64,000 nucleotides of DNA from the human T2T-CHM13v2.0 reference genome, Homo sapiens, in assembly GCF_009914755.1 (NCBI RefSeq), contig NC_060947.1. One strand, given 5' to 3'. Shown here one piece after another: positions 1 to 12,899 of this stretch; within the stretch, counting starts at the first letter, position 1; every line of letters begins with the position of its first letter. The notes under the pieces are model-generated. The model did no database searches and had not been told where the DNA came from. It worked only from the letters and a program-made list of their open reading frames with translations. Both the position numbers and the translations under genes were made by a program.

Positions 1-121
1 TTTGAACCCAGGAGGCGGAGGTTGCAGTGAGCCAAGATCGCACCATGGCCCTCCAGCCTGGGTGACACAAGGAGACTCTGTCTCAAAATAAAATAAAATA
101 AATAAAATAAGATAAAATAAA
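1..121 (+). mobile_element. Alu 3' end (cut by window edge) with (TAAAA)n tail
   Basis: ttgaacccaggaggcggaggttgcagtgagccaagatcgc...ctccagcctgggtgac...gactctgtctc followed by an A-rich tail. Confidence 0.95.
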
Positions 122-414
122 ACATATAAGTGTTCTTATGTGATGATTATCTGAATTGTTTCTTTTTTCTTTGCTTTTATTCTACATGGGTATTACTTCA
201 CTTGTTTTAAAGAGTTGTGTGTTCATAATAAAGGCTCCCTTTTCTACATAGTTGGTCTTCCCTTCTTCCCTCAACATTTTAAAAAAAATTCTACAAAATC
301 TACACAATCAACATTCTTCCTTTGGATTTAAGCTGAATTATTAATTTCTTCCCAACATTACAGTTTTTCAGCAGCTGGGAAATGGAACCAAATGATGTTT
401 AATTCTCCCAGCAG

Positions 415-769
415 TGATGTGAGGAAACCTGCACAGAACATTGCTGCCCAGGGAGCTCCCCCAAGCCTGACATCCAGTGTGGTTTTGGGAGCATGTAGGC
501 ATGGCCGACTGTCTGCATGACCGAAATTAGTCACCAGCCCCTCCAGAGGTCAAGACTGATACAGGTGGCCCAAAGCCCCCACTATAAATCATCAGCATTA
601 ACTGTCTAGCATGACTCAAAGCTCCAGGTAAACAAACACGTTATGATCAGGCAGGATATTCCAAGGGTTTAGAGGTTATCCCCTGGAAGGCTGTCAAAGA
701 ACAGACCTTTCTTTGGAAAGTGCAGGGTTTGGACAACACAGACCTGCTGAGCTAACCTACTACTGCACT
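415..769 (-). mobile_element. LTR fragment, MER21/MER68/MER77 group
   Basis: atcaggcaggatattccaagggtttagaggttatc...gtgcagggtttggacaac...cctgctgagctaacc...actgcac resembles the recalled consensus of this group. Confidence 0.6.
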
Positions 770-804
770 CTCAAAGAGTGGCTCATTCAGCTGTTATTCT
801 GAGT

Positions 805-831
805 TCTCTCTCTCTCTCTCTCTCTCTCTCT
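805..831. repeat. (CT)n microsatellite
   Basis: Directly visible. Confidence 0.95.
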
Positions 832-1932
832 TCCTAAAAAGTTCAGATCCTTGTGGATGGAAAATCTGGGAAACACAGCACTCACTGTAAACACACCATG
901 CCTAGAATTCGGCTCCTCTTCAACAACGCGGGCTTTTGAACTGGGTCGAAGTCACTATGCCAGGATGACATTTTTTTACCTTAGAATGAATTCCCCCCAG
1001 GTGGCTCCTCATCCTCCAGGTATACAAGGCTCCTGGATGACCCATGGCCTCCACGGGGCACACCGGAGTCTGAATCACAGCTGATTTTCTGGATTGTCCT
1101 TGGACTCATCAGGATGATTCCACATCTTCCAAATTCTAGATATCCTGATATCGCAATATTTTTTATCCCTGTTTCTTAATGAAAGGGTAAATGGAGGTAG
1201 AGGTGTTTCTCAACAACCTGCAACAACACATTTTTCTTTCAATTATTCAGTACTTAATTGGAAATCAGAGCCCCTTTCTAATGTATCGATAACATTGGGA
1301 ATTGATGACTATTGTGTAGTTGTACTTAATCTACACCATGCTAATTGCTAACATGGGCTATGGAGGCAGCAGAGCGTCAGATGACAACATATGCACTTCT
1401 CTCCCCGTCTGCCCAAAGCTCCTGGTAACTGTCAAATGAGCAGAGGACAGGGGAAACAATAGGAATATTTTAAAACTGTGGTTTTCAGGATGGGAATGTA
1501 TTACTATCATACAACCTAATTATTTCCTTACTTTGTCTATATTGTTGTATATTACCCAAGCTTCAGAGCTGTCAGGGCAAACCTCAAAGATGAGGAACCA
1601 GCTGGCAGGTAAAAAGCAAAACAAAAACAGCCCGTTGCTCAATGACTAGGATTTTTAGTTCAATTACATTTCCTTGCCATCTAAATAGCCAGATGCAATG
1701 ACCCATAGATAGAGCCAGTGTAGAAAATAGTTCAGCCTAACATAATAATGTCTAAAGGAGTTAGTAATTGTTCTACTCAATTTGTTTCAGCCATTCTATT
1801 GGAATTCCTATTAATTGGAATTGATGGTAAGTATATGGAATGTCATGTAGTGAAACAAACAACCTATTTAGAGCACACCAAGTTTCATGGACAACAAGTA
1901 ACAAATCACTTTTTAAAAATCAATACCAACCA

Positions 1933-2080
1933 GGCCAGGTGTGGTGACTCACACCTGTAATCCTAACACTTTGGAGGCTGAGGTGGGAGGATTGCTTGAG
2001 GCCAGGAGTTCAAGACCAACCTGGCCAACATAGTGAGACCGCCATATCTAAAAAAAAAGAAAAGAAAAGAAGAAGAAAAA
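1933..2080 (+). mobile_element. Alu left monomer (FLAM/AluJ-like)
   Basis: ggccaggtgtggtgactcacacctgtaatcc...aacatagtgagacc plus A-rich tail; degenerate TSD aaaaatcaataccaa / aaaaatgaataacaa. Confidence 0.9.
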
Positions 2081-3827
2081 AATGAATAACAATGTGTACA
2101 GTGAGATCAAAGAACACTAGCTACCATCTAACCTTGGTTTAATACTCTTAAATCCTTGAGAAGGCTGGCATACATGGAGTCTCTCCAGGAAGACATTTGA
2201 GGCAGAAAACTGGAATAGGAGCAGGCAATGTGTCATTTCGTCATCTGAAATGGGGACTTTATTAACTTGTCTGAGTATAAAGTCAAGAAAGAAAGTATTT
2301 TTCAGGACTGTTTAATTAAATGTCATTCTGTTTATCAACACAGGGAAATCTGGCAGCAATTTCTAACCATATGGGATTTTTGAAAGTATATGAGAAACAT
2401 GTGATTATGTGTTTAGCTGAGTATTATTTAAAATGTATGCAAAATCCTGAGAGGGCTTTTAACTAAGTTCCTAAAATCATCCTCTGGTGCATTCTATTTG
2501 ATGTGCTGTTGCGTGCATAAAATTGTTCCAATAGAAGTAAAGCAGAGCCTCGATAAAACCAACCTGGCCCGCTTTAATGACCTCCTTCCTGTAATTGTAA
2601 ATTCCATAATCGTTTCTTTTGACTGTAGGCAACATAACAAGACAAAACCTATAATTTTCTAAAGGAATAGAATCAATACAAAAACAAAGGTGTTTCATAC
2701 TGCTTACAGAAGATAAATGTATCCTGCAAGCTGAATGATGGCAGATCAGCTTGTGCTCTTCTAAATCATCTAAATATCATCAGTGCCTTTGATTACAGCC
2801 TCAGGCCCAGTGCTTAAAAAATCAAAGTTCGCTTTCAAGGAATGTCATTTAAAAACTGCTGATCATCTAAGCCTTGGGAGGTCAAGGACACTCTGATTTC
2901 CTTTATACTTACAAGTTTAATTTGATGTTTGCCAAAATAGACTTAGGTATAAATTTTACATCAAGATGCTAAGCAGAGCCCCACGCAAAATATTTATAAC
3001 TGGGATTTGTTAAATATAAGATTATTTTTATGACTGGGACATTAGAGATGCATCCATCAATGAATTAAAAAAATAAATTTTAACAACTTTCTCTAGCATC
3101 AAGTTGAAACTCAAGTCTCAATAGAGCAAGTTTCAGGAACAGGTGGGATTTCAGGAAGTTTCAGGAACAGCAGCTCAGATTCTCTTCTTAAAGGGGGATT
3201 CCCTCTTGACATGAAGCCGGCAACTCACTCTGCATGCAGAACATGCAACATATTTCCATGCCGGGGAGAGAAGGATGTGACGTCATTCATTCATTCACTC
3301 ATTCAGTCATTCCCTTATTCGTCTATCTAATAGCTGTCAAGACTCCTAGTATGTGTTGGGCATTGTACTACATGCTAAGTATATAGAATCTCTTTTCTAA
3401 ACTCAAAAAGTTGTAAGTAGGTGGTAGTAGTGGTCAGGTTAAAACATTTGTGAAAAGAAGAAATTACAGTGACAAGTGCTACAATAGATAGTAAGTGATG
3501 TAGGATCCATAAGGAAGAAGGACAAATTATCTTTAGTGTTGACAGGGAAGATTTTACAACAGGAGAAATTATCTGAGATTAGTTTGGAAGGATAAGGACA
3601 AAAAGGTATTCCAGTAGAAAATGGGGACAAAAAGTAGAAAAATGGGGCACTTTAGTCTGGGAGTCATCAAAGGTGGGGTATACTTGGAAAGAGTAAATCT
3701 TTTGTAGAACTATAAGAGATTCCAGAGTCTGTGTGAGTTATAGTTTTAGGAGATAAAGTTGAAGATATTTGGGCACAATATCTTGGGGTATAAGCCAAGA
3801 GATAATATAGGTTTTATTTTTGCACGT

Positions 3828-4035
3828 CAGTGGTTCTCAATCAGGGGCAACTTTGTGCCCCCTCCCTGGGATATTTGGCCAGGTCTAGTTTTTGCTGTTA
3901 CAACTGGGGAGGGGGGCAGGCTACTGGCATCTGGCAGGTGGAGACCAGGGATCCACTAAGCACCCTACACTGTACAAAGTCCCTACAGCAAAGACTCTGT
4001 CCCAAATGTCGACAGTGCTAGGGTGAGCAACCTTG
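3828..4035. mobile_element. MER20 (hAT-Charlie MITE)
   Basis: cagtggttctcaa...ctactggcatctggcaggtggagaccaggg...caaatgtcgacagtgctagggtgagcaaccttg. Confidence 0.85.
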
Positions 4036-4126
4036 CTCTAGATAATGGAGATTAACTGAAAGATTTTACACATGGAGAGAAGTAAAGGGGTACTTTCTAG
4101 GAAGGTGATGCGACATCTTCTAGGAG

Positions 4127-4870
4127 GTTTGCCACATCACGATGGTCATCACAACGCTGGGAGGCAATAAGACAAACAATATTCGTCTGCAGGGAGAAAG
4201 ATCAACTAACTTCTTGAGCATCTACTCTGTGCTGGATATTCGATGTGTTGTATCAATCCCCCCATGATATTGGCAACTGCTACTTTCTGCAGCAGTGGGG
4301 ACCGTCAGATGAAACAGGATGAGACTAGAGGCTGGGAGACTAGAGGCTGGGATACCATATAGATCAAAATTCACTCTCACATGGAAATAGTGGAGGTCTG
4401 GACTGTAGCAGTGTCTGTGGAGGTGGAGATCTGAGAGCAAAGAGGAAGGTCAAATCAAAAGGAATTTTTTACCAATTACATGTGAGAAGGGTTTAGCCAC
4501 CAAATGGAAGGTTTACAGAATGACTTCGAGGTGGCTGGTTTGGAAGAGTGGGTAGCTGGAGAGACTGTAAAAGGAAGTCTCAGAGGACAGGTACAGGGCC
4601 ACCCGCACTTGTGACCTTTGGGGTGCCCATGGGAGGTTCAGATGTAGATGCCTGGTAAGCAAAGGGAAAAATAAGTCTCCAGTTGTAAAGAGACCTCAAA
4701 CAGATATGTGTTTAAGAGTTTGCAACATCACAATGGTCATCAAAACACTGGGTGTCATTAAGAGAAACAATATTTGCCTGCAGGGAGAAAGATCAACTAA
4801 TTTATTGAGCATCTACTCTGTGCTGGACAGTCAATATGTTATCATCTCAGTCTCCCCATGATATTGGCAA
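4127..4870 (+). repeat. Dispersed ~150 bp direct duplication (4127-4276 and 4718-4870)
   Basis: Both copies read gtttgc.acatcac.atggtcatca...ctgcagggagaaagatcaactaa.tt.ttgagcatctactctgtgctgga...cccatgatattggcaa. Confidence 0.92.
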
Positions 4871-5842
4871 GGAGACTGAATGCAGACAGGCCCAGGAAGG
4901 CGCTCAAAGTCAGGCAGCCAGTCAGAGGCAGAGCCAAGCTTGGAACCGTGTCTCACCAAAACCAATCCCCATCCATTCATTCTTTAAATAATATTTATAA
5001 AGTGAATTGCTGCGTGGAGAGGAGAAGCCACAGAACAGGTTGAGAAAGAAGACCCTGAGTTAGGAAAAGAAAAAGTGAAGAATGATGTCATCAAGTCCAA
5101 AGGAAGGAAGAACTTCAAGTAATAGTTTCAGTTATCCATTGTAAAAAGACTCAGAGTCAGACCAGAGGATGTTTCTGCCATAAATTGCTATCCAAATGAT
5201 ATCAAGTCATGCACACACACACAGAGTTTATATCAGAGTTAGAATGTGTACACTGCATTAGACACTGAGCATCATCAGGGTCTTGCTGGAGTGCCAGGGG
5301 CAAAAAACAGACCATAATTTGTAGAAAAGTACTTAGAGTTTGAGGAAGTAGAGCCAGGAAGAACAGAAGGAAGGTAGGGTGGTTGCTAAAGGGAAAATAT
5401 TTTACAGATGAAGATTCAGACTTGAGCATAGATGTAGGCTGAAGGACTTGAGTGGAAACACCAAAGTTTGAGTATGTAGGAGAGAGGGTCTAAATGAGAG
5501 AATGAAGGAGTTGGCCTTGGAGTGGAGAAGGGTCCACTGTTCCTCTAAAATAGTGGTCTTCAATCTTCTTGGGCCCATAGACTCTCTTGAGAATCTCGTG
5601 AACGTTTTAGATGTCTCTCCAGAAAAACAACTGTAAACATTCTCAAAACTGGGTATGATCTTAGGGAGTGCTTGCTAAAATCTCCTAAGCTTAAAATTTA
5701 ACAGGCTGTCCTTGAGAGTGAAGAGGTGCTATTAATGTTATTATAAAGGACAACAGGCTCCATTGAAGCTTCAAGCAATCCCAGACTGGTGAATTGGAAG
5801 TGGCTGGAGAATGTGATGAGCTGGATTTCCTCTGTGCTGGCA

Positions 5843-6004
5843 TTGATTATCAAGTTATTTTTATTGATTATTATTACTAATCAATTTATAATTGATTTGA
5901 TATTAATTTGGTATTAATAATTATCAATAATAAATAATATTATAATCAATAATCTATAATTATTGTGATTAATAATCAATAATTATTATTGATTATTATT
6001 GACT
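5843..6004. repeat. AT-rich low-complexity tract with internal palindrome
   Basis: Built from attgattatt/aataatcaat units; perfect 14-bp arms at 5970-5983 and 5985-5998. Confidence 0.85.
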
Positions 6005-6309
6005 GAATCACAGTAAGAGTTCCCCTGAAGTTCCCCTGAAAAGAACAGTTTGCATTTGTTAGGAAAGAGGTGCTCTGGAAATTGATTTCTTTCAAACAAT
6101 TGGCTCCTGTGAAATCCTTGCAATATCCTTGTGTAAAGCCAGGGTTATGTGGATGACCTCTGAAAGCCATTGATGTGGAAATTCCTAATGTAGAAAAGGT
6201 ATCAGAGATGTTTCTGGAAATGTTTACACCTGGAATAGCAATTTGGTATATCCCGGGGGAAGTATCCAGAGCGAGGAAATCAACAGGAGCCCAAAGTTTT
6301 GCATTCTAT

Positions 6310-6548
6310 TTATTGAGTAAAAATGTATAGATTGCTAGCCACATGACAAGACCTGCTCCAAGTGCTTTATGAACGAATTTATTAAATCCTCATCTTAAGT
6401 CTACTAGGTAGGTACTGCCATTATCCCCATTTTACAGAGAGGGCTATAGAGGCACAGTGAGATAGCAGGGTTGATCTTAGTTTGGGTCAGAGGGTAGATT
6501 TGGAACCAGGCTGTCTGTTTCCAGAGTCTGGCCTCCCACTTCTACTCT
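6310..6548 (-). mobile_element. MIR
   Basis: attatccccattttacagagagggctatagaggcacag...tttggaaccaggctgtctg is the antisense MIR core. Confidence 0.8.
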
Positions 6549-7080
6549 ATATTGAGAAAGTTTACATATTATAATATGTTCACATATTCACTCAGTCAAC
6601 TCTTCTTATAAGCTTTTAAATATCATACTTGTTTAATCACATGTATTCTTTAGTATTGTAAAGGTAACTATCTATCCTCTGACAAGGACTGTAGATGGGA
6701 AGAAATGCATCCAGGAATCTAATTAATCACACCAGGGCCCTATGGATACATTTAGGGGTATGGGAACAGTACCTCATCACTACTTATAGGTTTTGAGAGC
6801 CTTCAATGAGCCACCTCCGAAGCCTTTTTAAAGATGGCTGGACGTGCTTAGGCAGAGGGTCCCTGATTTGTGTGCTAAAGCGCCTTCAAATGAAGGAGTT
6901 TCAGGTGAACAGAAATTCTCAGGTGTTAAATGCTGCTACAACTCTGGAAACACTGCCTACTCCTGCCAGGTGACCAGAAATTCAATCACCTTCTCCGCTA
7001 ACTGACCTCAAAGCAACTTTACCCATAATAGCTAAGAATACCAGCCAATACTTGCTGCTGAGTATTTCTTGTGGGCCAGG

Positions 7081-7082
<2 letters not shown>

Positions 7083-7126
<44 letters not shown>
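7083..7126. repeat. (CA)n microsatellite
   Basis: Directly visible. Confidence 0.97.
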
Positions 7127-7129
<3 letters not shown>

Positions 7130-7139
7130 GATGCAGATG

Positions 7140-8075
7140 CAGGTACTCAGTTTGCACAGTGGTACAGTAATGCAGGGTCACAAAAATAAGCATGCAAGTT
7201 GAAGCCATCTGAAGCAAGCTTAATAATCAATGGGAAAATTATAATTTATCTGTGGGCCTTTAAAATTTTTGCCAAAATATTGTAAATTCTCATATTCTAA
7301 GTTATAAATACATAAGGACATAAATGCGTAAGTATGATCAAGTATTTTGATGGGTGCAAGGTTTCCTTGGGGAGTGATGAAAATGTTCTGCTTGACGTCT
7401 TTTTATTATATAACTTTTGCTACAGAGAGAGCATCTTTTCTATGCCTTACCAGATTGTCACATTCTTTTCTGCTTGATTCGCCTTCGAAATTTTACCCTT
7501 TGTGCTGAAATATCAGGATATATTTGAGAGTTTCTTTAGCTTGAGAGTTTTTGCCAGCATTGCTTCCTCTGGGACATCTCGATCCTTTTCCCCACAGCCA
7601 CCTCATTTCTGTTGACAGGTTTGGCCTCACCACTTTTCTGTGGCTGCATACCTAGAGTCTCTCAAATGATGGCAATACTCCCACAGTCAGCTATTTCTTC
7701 AACGACTCCTTTATGTTTGATTCTAGCTTTACCACTCTTCATTTCTTTGCTTTGTTAGCCAAATCCCTCTGTTGAAAACCTGCTTTGTTAAATGTTGTGT
7801 GTGTGTTTTTCATGGGAGATAAGGAGGCAACACAACCACACTCTTTGCTGTCTTTGCACAAACGGATATGTGATCATGATGCACATCGTTTTTAATGCAG
7901 TGATGTGTGGATGGAAGAGCTAGCAGCAAAGTTTGTATTGTATGCAATTCCTCACAGTTAACATAACATGGTAACTGAAGCTTGAACTGTGCTGTAAGGA
8001 GACTGATGTTATTTGACTAAACTGGGGTAACTGAAATTCAGGAGTATTAGAATCTTACTAATTAAGGACTGCTTC
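7140..8075. mobile_element. Tigger-family (TcMar) DNA transposon remnant, interrupted
   Basis: Tigger-like ends (cag...gcacag...gtaatgcaggg..ac / gtaactgaaattca...aaggactgc); subfamily not resolved. Confidence 0.5.
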
Positions 8076-8194
8076 TGTGTGTTTATGTGTGTATGCAAAA
8101 TCATTGATTTATCTTGCACATTGCAAGCTCTATTATTAAAACTAATTTACATAAGGGAAACGGAGGCACAGGTTGATAAAGGACCCACAGCTAA

Positions 8195-8591
<397 letters not shown>

Positions 8592-9050
8592 TAATTTACA
8601 TTTTTTAATGTAAAAAATCTATTTTCTTAAATACTTGGATAATAAAATCTGTTTCCCCCCCCCCTTAATATTTCTTGGAGAATGGCCTGGTAAGAAACTG
8701 TGTTGGACACTCAGGGTTAGGAACACTAAAGATTAGAAAGGGGAGAACAAAAGCTAGATGAGGCTAGTTATACAGCAAAAGTGTGCATGAACTAGTGTAG
8801 CTGCAACATAGCTCTTCGTTTTACTTTGTGGCAATTTCAGCACACACCTATATCTATTGTTTTTCCTTCCATGGGTATCTGCTGTTCAGACACCTTCAAC
8901 AAATATTTATTCAGCTCTTACTCGATGCCAGGTTCTATGTTAATCTCCTGCCTTTAGACCATGGGTCCTTTCCTTGTTTTGCCTCAGTGTGTGTAATATT
9001 TAATCAATCTAGGTTACAGCATAATTCTTTTCCAATAAGGAGCCAACTAC

Positions 9051-9462
9051 TTTAAAGAAAGAGGAAAGAAACACGAAATGAGACTTAGTAATCAAGGACA
9101 GGTTTATTTTAGAGAAATAAACTTGAGAGGGTCTTCTGGCCAATTTTGGTCAGGAGCCTTCTCTCTTACAGACTGAGGATATTTAAGGGCTTTGGAAGGA
9201 GGGGCTTATCGTAGGTCTAGAATGTTTCTATGTGAGGGAAACTTAATTGCGGGGTTGGAATGTCTCTGGTTGGAGGGGAGGCTGTCTCGGGGTTGGCATG
9301 TTTCTGGTTGGAGAGGGGTTTATCTTAGGGTTGGAATGTTTCTGGTTATGCTGACATTAGCTATTAGGCTGATGTTTTAGGGCTGGATTTAGGTGGTTTT
9401 TTAATCAAGGGGAACTTAGAATGGTGGTGTTTGTTCAAGATGGAGATGCTCCCGCTCTGTCA
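9051..9462 (-). mobile_element. Solo ERV1-type LTR (MER66-like)
   Basis: Minus strand starts TGACAGAGCGGGAGCATCTCCATCTTGAACAAACACC; internal ~36-bp repeats (gggttgg.atgt.tctggtt); actac on both flanks (9046-9050, 9463-9467). Confidence 0.8.
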
Positions 9463-9637
9463 ACTACTGTCTGCACAAATCTGTTGCTTCGAAGGTTGGT
9501 ATTAGTAAACACAATGGCCTGCATTTATAAAAGTGGGTTTTCAGTTCTTCATTTCAAGTTTACCTGTCATCTTTGGCATATGTCCCTAGAGCTCTGCTAC
9601 CCTAGAAAATATACACATTACAAATGTAAATCATAAA

Positions 9638-9791
9638 TAGTTTTGGCAGATGAAACACAAGACATCCCATTAAATTTGAATTTTTTTCCATTAGACATAC
9701 TTGTACTAAAAATTTATCTGTTGTTTATCTGAAATTCAGCTGTAACGATAGGCATCCTGTATTTTTATTTGCTAAAAGTTTGGCAGTGCTA
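9638..9791. mobile_element. MER53-like hAT MITE
   Basis: Quasi-palindromic attaaatttgaattt...ttgtttatctgaaattca...catcctgtattttt. Confidence 0.6.
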
Positions 9792-10182
9792 ACCATATAT
9801 GAACATTGTACATGTCCATAAAAGAGCAAGCATTTGATGAGAATGCATTAATATTTGTTTACATTCGTGAATAATATAACAAAATACAAATGGGATGCAA
9901 GTCAATAATGCAACTCATTTTCACTCAAGAAACACGTAGGTGGAAAATTCCCTTAATCAAAGCAAACCTTTGATCAGCTGCAAAATAAAAGACTTACTCT
10001 CACATGCCAGACATGTGTTAATGTGCATAGCTAAAATAAAGCATGGGAGGCATATTAGACTCAGAAACGTCCTCTAAAACCATAACTGTAGTATCTGAAA
10101 TCTCCCACAAATAATGAATGCAAGTCGGCACAGACTAACCCAACAGCAGCAAGTTGGGTAACATACATTATATGATAATCTA

Positions 10183-10410
10183 AGGCACTGTTCAGCAAAC
10201 GTTTTCTGTAAAGACAAAGATAGCAAATATTTTCACCTGTGCAGACATACAGCCTATCACATCTACCCAACTCAGCCACTGTAGCTCGAGAGCAGGCATA
10301 GACACAGACACTCACAGTGGAATGTGTGTGCCAGTGTCCCAATAAAACTTTATTTACAGAAACAGGAAGTGGGCCAGAATTGTCCCACAAGCTCTAGTTT
10401 GCAAGCCCTA
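10183..10410. mobile_element. MER58A (hAT-Charlie)
   Basis: cagcaaacgttttctgtaaag...ccaataaaactttatttacagaaacagg...tagtttgc. Confidence 0.85.
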
Positions 10411-11945
10411 CCTAAAAGGAGTTTGTTGGTACCTTCTTACTCTGTTGATAAGCTTTTTTTTTTCTCTCAAAGGAAGAAACAATTGTAAGAATTATTAAAT
10501 GCTGTCAATCTTCTGTCATAGAATAACTAGGAAACTGAAAAGGCTTAGGTGGGTGAGATTATAAAAATTCAAACTATTCTAAGAGCAGTTAAGGGCAGAT
10601 AGTTATGAATGAAATCAACTAGATTTTTAAATAACATCTAAATTGTGAGGGTCAAAAAGATGAAGAGGTCTGCTTATGTGGTGGACTAACCACATATATG
10701 ATTTCCTCTCCTTTTCGAAGTTCACGATAATGACGTTAAATCAATGTATTAATGCATAGGAACAAACAGAATGGGGAAGACAGGAGTAGAGGAAATTTCA
10801 GCAAATTTTGGAAACTGGAAAGTGTATATAAAAGCACTACCTGGTTTGGAAACTAAGTATAATTAAAATGTGGGCTCTGTACACAGGCTCTGTCCTGTTT
10901 TGGGGGAGGGGTACAGTCAGAAATGAGGAATTTGGGCCCTGACTGAGAGTTTTTGAATTGAGATACACTACAGAATATGAGCAGTGAGCCTGATGGTGAG
11001 TTTGCTTCACCAATCTCAACCTCAGCTTTTCCGTCATCCTCAATCATCTCACCAGAGTCCAGTAATAAAGCAAAAAGAGCTATATGAAGAAATGTTGAAC
11101 TAGAAAAGTCATTTTCCTTAAGGATTGCAATGTAAATAATTCTTTTCAGGTCTCAACATACAGTCCAATGGTGTCATTTATTGGGAAGAAGAATACCTTT
11201 AGCCATATAATAATAAAAACAAAGCACCTTCAAGGCCTGAACTAGTATGGGTTAATAATCCTGATTTGATCAAATGCAACTGATGATGTATGGATCTACC
11301 AGATCTTCATGTTACTTTGGATTAAAACATGCAGAATAAAAATATTCTACATGATTTCTTTTAGATTTCATGTGTTGTTCAATACCAATGGAAACCTAAT
11401 TTACCAAAACACATAATACTATATATACTTAAATTATAGTCGATCCCATGTTATTTCATCTTATAAAATGTTTAATATTCTCCCATTAATAGCACATAAA
11501 ATTATATGGGCTACTGGGCTGATTAACTTTTAGTTTTGTATTCTTTATTTTTTTTATGCAACAAACAGGAAAAGTAAGATCATAATGCCTAACAGAATTA
11601 GTAGATTTAAGTCTGAATTATTATAGATGGTCCTTAATTAATTATTCCCAAAAGCCTAACACCAACACCCATATTTACCAAAAGAATATTATGCCATTTA
11701 TCATATTCCCTGCTTAATAAGAACTTGTAGTTTTTTACATCACACTACAATACTGCAAATTTTAAAATGCGGAACAACATACAGATTTATTCTTGTTTAT
11801 GTAGTCTATAATAAAAAGTGGATAGGCTCATTTAATTAGCTGTTGATTGCTTTTGTTAATCAGTCTTATAAAAATGTCTATTGTAATCTATTTCTCAGTA
11901 GGTCTTATCATGTTTTATGAAAGGCATAGTAGCTCATTTATTTGA

Positions 11946-12303
<358 letters not shown>

Positions 12304-12634
12304 TGAGTACTTCGAAAAGAGGACTGATTTGCTAACTGAAAAGAGGACTAATTTGAAATTTCCCATATATTGGAAAGCCTTGCACATAGATCTAAGATTT
12401 TGACAAAAACATGCATAAAGTAGATTTTTATTTTAAAAAATATCACCTTGGGAAAGGCTTATTATAATTCAACAATATTACAATTGTTCTCAACCCTGTG
12501 TTTATTGGAATAAAAAAATCCCTCTATAGGAAAGATTAACATGTAAAATTAATACTCATAGTAATGAGTAATAAATCCCTTTGAAATTCAGTGTTTCCAA
12601 ATCTTTGTGTTCTCCAAATTGAAGGAATGGTCAA

Positions 12635-12848
12635 TAGTGGTTCTCATGAGGAGGGGGATTGTTCAGGGAAGATTTGGCAGTGTGGAGGTACTTTTGGTCA
12701 CCACAACTAGGAATATACTACTGACATCTAGTGGTAGAAGCCAGGAATGCAGCAAAACATCCTACAATGAATACACAGGACAGTCCTCCCTCCCCTCCAG
12801 GAATTATCCAGCCCCCAATGTCAATAGTGCCAAAGGTGAGAGACCATT
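12635..12848. mobile_element. MER20
   Basis: agtggttctca...ctactgacatctagtgg..gaagccaggaatgcagcaaaacatcctacaatg...aatgtcaatagtgcca. Confidence 0.8.
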
Positions 12849-12899
12849 ATATATGAATATGTAAATAAATAATAACAGAAAAATGGAGGAAACCTCCAC

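Larger units (their letters stand above)
3285..5530. mobile_element. Highly diverged L2 fragments with MIR and MER20 insertions
   Basis: cattcattcattcactcattca L2 3' terminus at ~3285; purine-rich L2-like segments downstream; boundaries approximate. Confidence 0.55.

Noticed and set aside
9225-9350. Regularly spaced ~36-bp repeats resembling a CRISPR array
   Set aside because: Degenerate tandem units inside an ERV LTR, with no unique spacers or cas genes, in a eukaryotic context.
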